Of a stretch of 64,000 bases of DNA, positions 1-11,237 are shown one piece after another. Numbering within the stretch: the stretch's first letter is position 1; every line of letters starts with the position of its first letter. A program made the translations under genes and the position numbers. Below the pieces are notes generated by a model. That model did not search any database. It was not told the origin of the DNA and was given only the letters and a program-made list of their open reading frames with translations. The DNA is from Hyphochytrium catenoides. Taxonomy: Eukaryota > Protista > Hyphochytriomycota. The stretch spans positions 1 through 64,000 of the forward strand of contig FLMG01000016.1 of NCBI GenBank assembly GCA_900088475.1, in the 5' to 3' direction.

Positions 1-420
1 CATCCGCTGCTTGCTCCTGATGAAGATTGGTTATCGACGGCAAGGAACTCACGCACTATCCTTCGCCTGAAGGAGTGGAAGCCGCAATCTTATTCTGAGA
101 ACTCCATCTTACTCTTCTGAGGACATCAGCGTGCAGCGGGTTTGGACATACTTACATCTTCCCAAACTGTCCGTGTGGCTGCTGGTCATCAAGCTCCTTG
201 AGATCTCCGTCATAGCTGCTGCCGTCTGGAGAAGATCCTGAAGGAGAGAGTGCAAGATCGTGCGTACAGTACGGCTCTACAGTAGCAGAGCCTGGCAGCT
301 ACACAGTTGTAACTGAAGGAACGCCTAAATCATCAGCTTCGTGGGACTCTTCGTGGTCATTGACATCTGCTGTTATTCTTTTGTCACTGAGGGGCTTGCC
401 GCGCTATTTTGGTAAGCACC

Positions 421-1755
421 ATGCGGAACATGTGGGATCTGCTCAAGTCCTTGATGGGAACCGTGTTTGTCCTGTCGCTGGTTGTGCAAGGACAAGATTC
501 TAGAGCTGCTGCGCCACCTTCGACTGCGGCCCTTACTACCCAGCCACCAACTTTGACAGAAGTCCCACAAACAGTGCCTGTCTCGCCTACTACAACCCAA
601 GCTCAAAGACCAACAAGCGCAGCTCCTACCAAGAGCCAGACCACTGTTCCACCAGCAACTGCCGGCCCCACCGCCCCTCCTAGCACAACTGCCTCGCCGG
701 GCGCCGTCGAGATCTGCGGCTTTAAGGATAAGGATCTACCGCTTATTATCGCTTACTATGAATCCTGGCGGAACGTCGACGTCTCGTTGGTGGACTATCC
801 CAACTTCCCGAAGGTTCTACTTTACTCCTTTGCTGAAGTTGACGATAATGGGCTGCCTAAGGATCCCATCAATGGCTCCAAGGTAATAATGGAAGGGATC
901 AAAATGGTGCACGCCAAGGGCTCCAAGATTTATCTGTCTATAGGAGGTTCTAACAACTGCGGTCCAGAGCTCGCCCCAGATTTTACGTTTCCTGCTAAGT
1001 TTAGTGGTAGAGAGGAGGCATTCGCGACAGCAGTGATGGACCTAGTAGAGCGGTATCAGTTTGATGGCATTGACATTGACTATGAGTGCAAGGGACAGGA
1101 CCAGGGCGTAGCTGTGCCCTTTACGAAGGCTTTGCGGAAAAAGCTACAGAGTAAGAAAAAGTGTCTCACCTGGTCAGCGTTCTCAACCGTAGCGGACCCT
1201 AAGTCAGACTATCATAAGACCTTCAAGAACATCAAGGACGAGGTAGACATGATTTTCTGGATGGCATACAACATGCATGATCGGAGCTTTTATGACAATG
1301 TGGCTGCAGAGTATAAGAAAATCGTAGATATGGGCGTTCCTTCTCAGAAGCTAGCTTATGGCATTTGTGTCGGCAACGGTTGCAGCTATAAGCCCGAAGT
1401 AGGGCCGAACGGAAAGGACCTGGACAACTATAGAAACCTAGTAAAGGCCAACAAATCCTTGGGGCTGATGTTCTGGGCCGGAGTAGAAGATTTTTTGAAT
1501 GTGTCCACCACGGAGAGCATGGTAAACCGAATGAAGAGGTCGCACCAGGCGGTTACCTACGACGCGTTCTCAAAAGATTATCTTATCTACCTTCCTGGTG
1601 TCTACCCTCCAAAGGATGATGGAGAGCCATTTATTCCTACTGCGGAGGATGAAGACCAGGCTACAACAAGCAAACCCAGCCCTGCCGACAGGGCGTCCCT
1701 GTCTATCTCTGCCTTTCTGATCATAGTGGCGTCTGGTGTGGCTGCTGCATGCTAG
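421..1755 (+). CDS. Secreted, probably GPI-anchored GH18 chitinase-like glycoside hydrolase with an N-terminal Thr/Pro-rich linker
   Basis: Intronless ORF, first ATG at 421. Hydrophobic signal (LMGTVFVLSLVVQG), T/P-rich stretch, GH18 motifs IYLSIGG and FDGIDIDYE (intact DxxDxDxE), MIFWMAYN and LMFWAG, and a C-terminal hydrophobic tail (SLSISAFLIIVASGVAAAC) like a GPI signal. Confidence 0.9.
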   Translation: MRNMWDLLKSLMGTVFVLSLVVQGQDSRAAAPPSTAALTTQPPTLTEVPQTVPVSPTTTQAQRPTSAAPTKSQTTVPPATAGPTAPPSTTASPGAVEICGFKDKDLPLIIAYYESWRNVDVSLVDYPNFPKVLLYSFAEVDDNGLPKDPINGSKVIMEGIKMVHAKGSKIYLSIGGSNNCGPELAPDFTFPAKFSGREEAFATAVMDLVERYQFDGIDIDYECKGQDQGVAVPFTKALRKKLQSKKKCLTWSAFSTVADPKSDYHKTFKNIKDEVDMIFWMAYNMHDRSFYDNVAAEYKKIVDMGVPSQKLAYGICVGNGCSYKPEVGPNGKDLDNYRNLVKANKSLGLMFWAGVEDFLNVSTTESMVNRMKRSHQAVTYDAFSKDYLIYLPGVYPPKDDGEPFIPTAEDEDQATTSKPSPADRASLSISAFLIIVASGVAAAC

Positions 1756-2407
1756 AAGGCGTGCGTGTGTCTGGGCGGCAGGCGTCCACGTCTTGGCCTC
1801 TTACAAATCTTTCCTCATATCTCCCCCCAGCACTACTGTCGAAGTTTTTCATACTCTGTGAAGTCCAAAGATAGAGCATCTTGCCAGCTTCGTTTGGCTC
1901 GGCGTTTTGTGGCTTCTACAGACTACCTGTGGCTCTCAGGACAGAGAAACGAAAGAGAGGGGGCAAGTCCACAGGGCAATGAACCCCTTCCGACACAAAC
2001 TCAGGGCTTCTCACGTTTACGGGATGAGCACCTATTCCCGCAACAAAGCATCACACCTTCCAGATTCCTATGCAGCATCCATCTTGTGGGATAGCAGCAT
2101 GAAGGCAGTGCCATAAGTGCCATATCACGTGTAGCAATAGTTATGAATGTGTCTGAATAATCCATTCTCTGGGAGACCTTTCTATGGCGGTGAGTTCCTA
2201 CAACTACTACTGCTGCTAATTCTCGGTTGAGTGGAAAAGCAAGGCGCTGTCCTTGCTCCTGGAACGAATAATGTACACATTTCTATGGAGCCCTGACCTG
2301 CGTAGAAAAGCAGTGTGCTCAGTGCACCTCTCTTCTCTCGTTATATCTCCCAGTGCAGGCGACCATAAATAACGAGTATGATACAGACATCTACCCACGG
2401 TGCCCTT

Positions 2408-5400
2408 TCACTTGACATAGATCCTGGTGGATGAACGGGGGCCTTCAGACTGGTTGACTAAGGCTTCGTAACGCTGCCACACATATTTGACCTCGAGATC
2501 TTTCGCCCTCAATGCCTCCACCTAACCACGTTTGATCAATACGTCTTCATGAGAAAGGAGAACCGATAGAGCAATCGGATTGATAGATACAACGAGGAGA
2601 ACCGTCATCACTTACGTGCCGCAATTCGATGGCCTTAAGCTTTTCAGCCAAAAGCATATTCTCCTCTCTTAGCTTCGAATAGTCCTTTTGCTTGTCTAAG
2701 AGCCGCTGCCGAAGTAATTTATTGTCTGCATATCTCTCATATTGGTCCCCCGACAGCGGCAGAACCTCTGGACGTCGAGACTTTGCCTCCTTCTTGTCTT
2801 TTTCCTTGAGCATCTTTTGCAGTTTTTCTATCATCCGTCGGGCTTCAGCTAAACTCTCACTGCTCCGCTCTGTTTCCTCCTTTGCAACTCGGAGGTCTCG
2901 CGCTGGACAGATGAGTGCCAAGGGGGTGAGGGGGATTGCGGCCAGAGCATCTAAGAGGCCTTTAGCGGCATATAAATAGCTTACCTTGCCGAAGGGCGAG
3001 CCGCCTACTTTCTTTCATCTCTCTTTCTAACTTCCTCACTCTATCTGCTCCCTCTTGGTAGTGCTTCTTGCTCTTTCTCTGGTCCTCTATTACTGCCTCT
3101 AGCTGCTGTATTCGCAACTCTAGTTCTGCTGATTGAGCGGAAGACTCTTGCAACAGAGACTCTGCCTGCTTCCTTTGTACACTCTCTTCGGAATACTTTC
3201 GAGCTAAGTCATTTGCCTCGTCTACTCCAGCGCCGAAAGGGTTATGTTAGAGCGGAGACGCAACAGACAGCATGAAAATATATAAGTGTGGCGAGAGGAA
3301 TCCAGCTGGGTCATGACAGAAGGAGTAGAGTTGTTCGATCGACGTAGGGAGCTCAACTGTAGGACCTTAGACAGTACTAGTGGTAGGTGGCGAATGCGCT
3401 AGAGTGTTTCTTACCCTGAAGCTGCTGAAGGTGAAAGGCGAGAAGCTCATCTCGCGTCTTTCCCTTGGCAACTTCTGTCCTCAGTGCATTGTTCTGTGCC
3501 CGCAATCTTTCTAATGAACCCTGAAGGCCTTTATTCTTCTCTTCGTACTGGTCATACACGCATGACAGAGGGAGAAAGGAAAGAGAGAAAAGTTATAAGG
3601 ATTGTGCAAGGGAAACTGGATTATAGAGAGCTCTATGCCGTTAGAACAAGTTGGCTGCGGAATAGATGCGGTTGAAGTCCAGAGGGTTCGCTCTCTCTGC
3701 TTGTGTGAAACAGGAAAGGCGGAGTTTCGCAAAGAGGGAGTGCTAGTAGATGCAAGCTAAGCCCAAGGAAGCGATAAATCTGTGACGAGTCAGGAGTACC
3801 TCTCTCAGAAGATCATGTGCCTCCTTAATCTGGCCTATCTTCTCCGACACGAGCTGCTTGGCGTTGTCGAGCTCAGCTGTCAAGTACTTGATCTGCAGAA
3901 CGGTGTTAGGCGCACACGATTTCCGAGTCTTTTTTTCCTGTCCTCCTCGTTGCTCCCCTTTCATCCTATCTTTCTCTGTTCCCGAGTATCATTTGGAGGT
4001 ACTAGCCTTGTCCTTGCCTTCTTCATACCCTGTACCAAGATGTAACTAGCATGCTGCTTCCTACGGATTGCCAGGATTCTTGTCGTTTACTGCTTAGGGT
4101 CTTGCTAGCTTCTGGCATCTACCTTCTCCTCCTTTTGGATGAGAGCCATCGTGGAGTTCTCGACGCTTTGTCGAAGAGTTTCCGCCCTCTGCTGCAGATT
4201 GTGACTCTTTTCCTTGTCATCCTTGCTCTTTTTTCTCTCCGCCCTGGCAATCTTCTCTGCCTTTTCTGTAGACTCTATGGAGATCTTAAGCGCCTGTTTC
4301 AGCTGCTGACACTCTATCTGTAATGCAATCCATAGAGGTAACAAAAGTCAACATCAGATTCGGGTCGTGTCTCTTTGGCCATACACTGCTTGTCCACGCT
4401 CTTTGCCCGCTCATCGCTCTCCGCTGAAAAAAAGTGTTCACTACTCTTTGACTGTCTACAAAGACAGCAACGGAAGCCAGCTTGTCTCACCTTTAGCGCT
4501 TTCACTGTGCGACGTAGCTGATGATTCTCCTGTCTGCTTTTCTCCTGCAAGTCCCTTTCACCTTTAAGTTCCTCTTCGGCATCCTCCAGCCTTCTTTCTC
4601 CATCATGTTTGTCCTTTTCGAGCTCTTGTCGCTCTTTTTCCTTCAGTTCGAATTGGATTTTTAGGGTGCCTTCTCTCTTCTTACTCTCTTCAAGCTTCCT
4701 CGCTAGCTCGGCTGCTTCTTCTCGAAGCTTCCTGACAGTCTCCCTATACAGCTTTCCCTGTAAGCAGTAGATTGAGCTATGGCGTCAAATGAGGCAGACA
4801 GCGAAAATATTGTCAAAGGGGCCGGCGCCTAAAGGGCAATGGCTTCAAGGATGACAGGTAAAGAGTTGAACAGAGCCCAAGCGAGCGAAGAGGGGGTTCT
4901 GCGGCTAAGTAGGCCAAGCACCGCTGAGAAGAGGCAGCGGCCAAAGCTCATTTAAGAACCGCGAACGCAGTAAAGAAGTCCACTTTTAGACCTTCGGCTC
5001 ACGTACCATCGACTCAATCATGCGGGTCTCTGGCGGAGGCTCCTCCTTAATAAGTCCACTATCCACATCCTTGCTCTCGTCCTCGAAGTAAGAAGGTTTG
5101 GCTCGTCTGATCTCCTGGCGGTTAGAAGAGGAAGAAGAAGATGATGCTTTCGACGGCGGCTTTTCCTCGTCTCCAACCTCGCCTGATGTCTGCAAGGAAG
5201 GCACATGTATAACAAATCGTCGTTAGTCGGTGTCACAGAGGCTTGTCACTTTGACCGTATATCGCTGGTTGTCCTGAAGGATCGGTTCTACCTAGTCGTC
5301 AGGCTGTCTGCATTTTGCTTTTATGGGGCTACTTCCTTACTCCTCTCTCTTTTTCACGTTTTCTGCCTCTTTCACGCACGCGTATTGTCTGTTGCTCTTC

Positions 5401-6410
5401 TCCATCTGTCTTTATTTCTTATGTCGACATCAGTAGGTCCGCTTACCTTCATTTGGGCTCTAAAGGAGGAGAGAAGGCTTTGGTTGGAGGTGAAAATTCT
5501 CTTCTGCTCTTCCTTCAGCTTCTTGGACTCCTCTTTCAGGCTATGGATAGTGCGCAGCACGTCATCTCCTTCCGCGCCATGGACTATAGAGCTGAAAGCA
5601 ATGAGAGCGTTGCAAAGGAAGAGTTAGGAGAGGTGAGAAAGATCTTTAGCACAGGCAAGAGACGGACAGGGAAGCGGTAACCACCATCGACACAAAGCAG
5701 AAAGAACAGGATGGAAAGAGGGAGAGATCGTGCTGAGACGAAGAGCTCACCTATTTCCTCTCCATTCCGGGGAAGGAAACGAACTTATGGACGGGAGAGA
5801 GGGCGGAAGAATCCCTTCATACCACAAATGACTGTCTTCCGAACCAGCTCGAGAGCGAGAGAGGTGCTCTACCTCGCCCTTGAAGAATGGCGACGTCATC
5901 CGTTCATGTTTCTTGGTACTTCTCTGTGTCTCTCTGCTGGGACTCATCCCTCTCCTCCGAGGGGAAGGTGAGGAAGACGAAGAAGATGAAGGGAAGGTTT
6001 GCTTTGTCTTCCGGTGAAGCTCTGACACATGTCGGATGTCTTGGTCCAAGGTTCTATTCCCTTCCCTCAGCTGCCGAAGAGACTCATCTAGCTCACGGAG
6101 AGAGTCATCCAGACGATAAGAGCTGCAGAGATCAGATGCGCGGAGAGTATAGAAGCGAGTTAGGTATGTGGAAGAAAGGATGGACCTGAGACAGAGAACT
6201 ACTGAAGAAGGAGATTAAAGCACTTCGCGGTAGGTGGCTAATCTCCTAGTACCTGGGCATCTGCTGTGCTTGGTGAGAGGAAGAAGAAATGAAGGTGTCC
6301 TTCTCTCCGTCTTCTCTACCATCATCAGGCTCGCTAAGCTCAGCATCCGATGTGAAGACAGTCTGCAGCAGTGTGGCCCCCTCCTCCTCCGGCATCGAAG
6401 ATGGATTCAT
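2408..6410 (-). CDS. Multi-exon long coiled-coil protein of unknown function
   Basis: Chain of E/K/Q/R-rich heptad ORF fragments (2547-2921, 2962-3153, 3377-3559, 4105-4344, 5372-5560) bounded by GT-AG sites. Last exon reads VEALRAKDLEVKYVWQRYE...RIYVK* with the stop at 2408. Start uncertain (ATG 6410 or up to about 6699). Confidence 0.65.
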
Positions 6411-7015
6411 CCCGGCGTCGTCTTCGTCCTTGTTATCTCCTCTCCTACTCCTGACCGCTGGCCGTGCCGTGGCCAGTCCAGCCAGGAGCGCGCTCCTCTT
6501 TGGTTACCCTATAGTGTCAACCCTTCGTCCGTCGCTTGGTGTGGAGCTCTGCAAGCTCTCTCTCTGAGCTTGTCCGTCCGGGCACGGTGGAGCTCAAGAA
6601 CAGTCTTCGAAAGGACAGACAGGGCCTGTCACCATCATCTCCCGCTCCTCCTGGCTCCTCCGCCGCCTCCGCACTGTCCCATGCTCTCTGTCTCATCAAG
6701 CCTCTGTCTTCCGTCCATCGGTCGCTCTTCCCTCTCTCTCATCGCTCCTCGCCCGACCTAAAATAATTTCGAAAACAGTCGTTTAGATCTGACCATTCGT
6801 AATACCAAGTCCAGAAATTAGGCATCAGAACGCAGTGAGTCTACTCTATTTTGGATGTTCTCGGCAGCTGAGAAGAATTGTTTTCGTGCGCAGGCCGTTC
6901 GTTAGCTCTGTATCCTTCGCATCACGGAAAGCGAGGCGGCTCGGTGCGTGAGCAGCGCTGGAGGACGAAGAGTAACAGACAAGACGTCAAGGCAGATGAT
7001 GTCTGATGGAGGATA

Positions 7016-7092
7016 GAAGAGAGAGAGAGAGAGAGAAAGAGACACAGAGAGAGAGAGAGGGAGAGACGGAGAGGAAGAGAGGAGAGAGAGAG
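7016..7092. repeat. Imperfect (GA)n microsatellite between divergent genes
   Basis: gagagagagagagagaaagagacacagagagagagagagg... seen directly. Confidence 0.9.
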
Positions 7093-7278
7093 TGACAAAG
7101 CACGGGAAGCGCACGGGAAGGTGACAGTTGAAGAGACACAGAGAGGAAGCGAGGCTAAGGAAAGGCAACGGCTTTAAGCGACATACGAGAGGTGAAGCAG
7201 TGTCACAAGCATCTGGCAGGGCACAGGCCCAAGCATCTTCAAGGCACAGGCGCACGCCATGACGGATAGCGAGTAGCA

Positions 7279-10226
7279 TTGGCTGCACAATGCATCGCTA
7301 TACAGTGCTGCAGACAGGAAGACTGTGCAGCGAAATGTTACAATGAACAGACATCAGGACGGTCCACTTCCATTCTCGCGTCGGTAAGGGCCAGAAGAGG
7401 CACACAGACAACGCAAGGCAGAATCACCCGTCCGCAGCGCTCTTCGATCTTGCAGAGTGCTGAAGTTGCCTCTCTTGAGGAACAACTCAGTGGATCAGGG
7501 TCTGACAGGGAGACTGTCCCCACGCTAGACGCGGAGGAGGAGATGGATTTCGAAGAGGCAACACTGGATGCAGAAGCCGTTTCTCATCCCCAATGGAATG
7601 ACGAAGGAGATGAGGAGGAGGACGAAGAGCACTTTCTTTTCTCTCTTGAGAGGGAGATCAACGCTCTAGAGATGTCAAAACACTGCAGCCTTGCCGGAGA
7701 TAGCTTCAGAATTGGTGGGGACTATGCAAATGACGGACCTTTTAGCCCATATCAGGTGAGGCACGGAGGAGAGACGAAGGAGAGATGGGGACAGCCTTTA
7801 GACCACGGCCCAAGAAGAGAGTATATCGGTGACGTAAGGCGGAAGTGAAAGGGCTGATGCCGAGGGCGTTGAAGTCTTAGAGACGGGTGTGGTGCTAACT
7901 CTGATCTTCTGGCAGAGCCCAAGGAGCGAGAGCAGACCAATCTCCGCTACCCTTCCTGTCTCCCCATTTTCTCGCTGCGCTTACAGCAGAGGGCGGACCC
8001 AAGCCCAAAGGTTCCCTCTTTCTATAACCCTTTCTATCCTAAACTCTTCCAAACTCATCCTTTGGCTCTTGCATCGTCGGGTTGGTAGTGGTAGCTGTAG
8101 GAGAAAAGAACAGAGAAAGCAAGAAGAGAAAGAGGAAGAGAGGAAGCGAAAGCGAGAGGACCAGCAGCGACGAATCAAGGTGCTTCAACCTTGGCTCTTT
8201 GTCCCGGCTGCTGCATCTGTTAGATGTTCCAAGATCTCCAGCTATTATTCTCTTCGTCTCTCTTTCTCTGTCTTTCTCTTTTCCTTGTATCTCTCTTCTT
8301 CTCTGTCTCTCTCTCTTTCTCTCTGTCCAACGCACATTCTCGCCCTACTTTGCCCTAGACGTCTGCTTAAGAAAAACAGCTCTCTGGCAGTCTCACGGTT
8401 TCTACTCTCCCCTCTGCCCTAATTGCACGGCCAGTCTTACCACCTGCGACTTCAAGGACAACGCTCAGCTATCGGAGAGCTAGAAGCCAAGGTTAAAAGC
8501 CAGGTGTCACTCTGCTTCCCTTTGTGACTTCCTTGTTGCCGTACACACGTGATATAAATGGCCAACATAAGCTTGCAGTCCTCAGATTCATCTATCCTTA
8601 TATTGTCTCACACTCTGTCTGCTTCTTTCTGTCTTTCTGGGGGCGCATTAGGCCTCTCTGCTTGACCGTTTGAGGGCTAGAAACTCCCACTTGGAGGAGC
8701 GCTGTAAGCGCCTTGAGGAAGCTGCAAAAGTCCAAGCGGCTATGATGAGCACTCGCGTCAGAACTTGGAGGGAAATGGATACTNNNNNNNNNNNNNNNNN
8801 NNNNNNNNNNNNNNNNNNNNNNNNNNNNNNNNNNNACTAGTGAGCGTTGAACGCAGGGAAGACTCTGCTGGAAAATAGAGTATGCACGAGAAAGCAACGT
8901 ATCCATGTCTCTCGTTTCATTAGCACTTAGGTTCTATATCTTAATCTTGATCTCTACAGGTTCGGAAGCTACAAGATACGCTTCAGGAGACCAAACGGAA
9001 GGCATCGAGAGCTGAAGAAGGCCGGGAGCAGCTCAAAATGGTGCGCAAAATCTAGGAAAGCTCTCCTTTGTTATCTGGTCTCATGGTCTGTCAGCTCTTC
9101 CACTACTTGTTTCATTTTTACTCATGCCGACCTCTTTGCCTTCATAGAGGTTGCAGCAGCTTTCACATAGCGCAGCGGAGACCGGAAAAGAGCTCAATAA
9201 CCTCAGAACGGACAACTTGGCACTTAGGAACGAGGTGATCCTCTCACTGTGTGGCTAGGCGGCTCTACCCTCCTCCGCCTGCCTTGCGGAGTCACTAGCT
9301 CATGCGGTTCCAATCATTGTTAACCTGGCTTTCCTGCTTTCGAAAGCCTTGGCGTTGCTGTTATGAGTTAGACTGTTGCTTGCGGCGTGCCTTTCAATAT
9401 CATCTTCAAGCTTCTTCGTTTTTGCCATGTCTGCTGTTGCCCTGCCATTGGAACCATCTAATGCCCCTAACCTGTTCCTCTCTCCTGCATCTCCTTCCGA
9501 TGCTGCAGAATTTGAACCTGCGGCTAAAAGTGAAGGAACTGCTCGCTTCTAAGGAAAAAGTATCCGAAACTGAGAAGCTACCCCGCGCACAGGTTGAAGA
9601 GAAAGTCACAAAGGTGTGTCACTGGATATTCTTGTCCCTTTCCCCTTGTTTCCTTTTGCTGTAAGGATGTCTTATCTATGCCCGTCTCTTTGCGTTGTCT
9701 AAGTCATGGTCTCCAAACCGAAAGCAGGGAAAGGGAAAGCAAATGACGGCAACCAAAGGCCTGCTCTCCAGAGTTGAAGAGGTAACGCTCTCTACATACT
9801 ATGAGTCTGTCATGCTATCACACCTCTCACTCTCAATGGGACCAAACGTCCGGCGCGCAGCTTGTGAAAGAAAATATTGATCTGAAGACGCAACTTGTGA
9901 CGCAAACCCAGATAAAGAATTTGGGCCGAAGCCGCACAATCCTAAAGAAGGATAAGCAAAAGATTGCATCAAAAGAAGGATCAGAGAACCACCCTTCCCG
10001 AGCAAACTCGTCATTTCTGGCCAAGAGCCAGGAACGCTTTCGCGGTTCATCCTTATACTCTTCATCAGGATCAGAGGACGAGAAGGGCGGAAATAGAGAG
10101 GAGAGAACCGCCTACAAGCCTCAAAGACCTGGAGTTAGGTTAGAGGATGATCTTGGAATGACTACTCGCCTGCGACGCCTTACAGAAATGTACCAACGTG
10201 TGAAGCTGCAGAAAGAAGAGGGCTAG
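7279..10226 (+). CDS. Multi-exon protein with an acidic N-terminal region and coiled-coil segments, function unknown
   Basis: Acidic exon (DEGDEEEDEEHFLFSLEREINALE), then short coiled-coil exons (LQGQRSAIGELEAKVKSQ, RKLQDTLQETKRKASRAEEGREQLK, NLNLRLKVKELLASKEK, RLRRLTEMYQRVKLQKE) with GT-AG boundaries. Both ends uncertain; contains an assembly gap. Confidence 0.6.
8784..8835. other. Assembly gap (N run)
   Basis: Run of n characters. Confidence 1.
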
Positions 10227-11237
10227 GTTGCTGTGTCCGTCTGTGACTCATTCTCCCGTCACTTGACAACGCTCATCTATTTATTAGGACCTTCCCTTCC
10301 TCACATGGTCCAAAGATCCCACAAACTGATGTTGAAGTCGAAGCTTCTCTGCCCGGCTTGTCTTTATAGGGGGGCATAAATGTCTGTATAGAGCCCTACA
10401 GAATAAAGTTGCGCCCTGTTCTGTTCCCAAGGAAGCCTCGCCTTCTGATGCCTTGCTCTGTTTGAGCCTATGTCTGATGATCCTCCAGGAAGCCCATGGA
10501 CCGATGCATTATCTATACTACGTATTACCTCTTGTCAAATCATCACTATCTATAGACAGAAGGAAGGCTAGAGCAGTGGCACCACGTTGTATTTGGGAAG
10601 CGCACGAGCCCGTGCGCAGCACGAACATGTCTTCCCCATGGAAGTGCTTATCATGGTCGCAACACTTCGTTATCAAGGAAAGTAGCCACAAGCGGCGACG
10701 TTTCATTTGGGGCAAATATTCTTCTACAGTGCGTCACGTTAGGGTCCGTGCTATCTAGGTTAGTCTCACGAAGCAAGGAGAGCTGTTCGCAACAGCTTCT
10801 TGCTTTGGTGGAGTTGAAGATTTTGAATTGCAGAGCGCTCTTGCTGCAACCGCGTAGGGTTTGGCGCTTTTTAGCGTCATCCATTCTACGAGGCACGCCA
10901 TTCAAGAGCTACGCAAGGCCGCAAAAAAAGAAGAAAAGCCAGACACCATCCAAGTAGAGAGAGAGAAGAAGAATTGGATCCAAATCAGAACCAAAGCCAT
11001 CTTGCATGGGAGCACAGCACCTTCCAGGCTGAGGTAGCGGGACCGTTAACAAACGACCTGTGCGGCCCAACAGGAGCTATCTTGCATGACGCTGCGAACA
11101 GGTCAGTAGCGCATACAAAGGCCAGTACATTGTACGATCATTAGGTACTTCATTATAACAGAAATGTGGTGCTTCAGCATGTAAACAGGTGCCGGCACAC
11201 GGAGTAGCGCTGGCTCATTGCTTTTCGTGCCATTCTT

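Noticed and set aside
10453-10957. Several short overlapping ORFs
   Set aside because: No motifs and no convincing exon chain.
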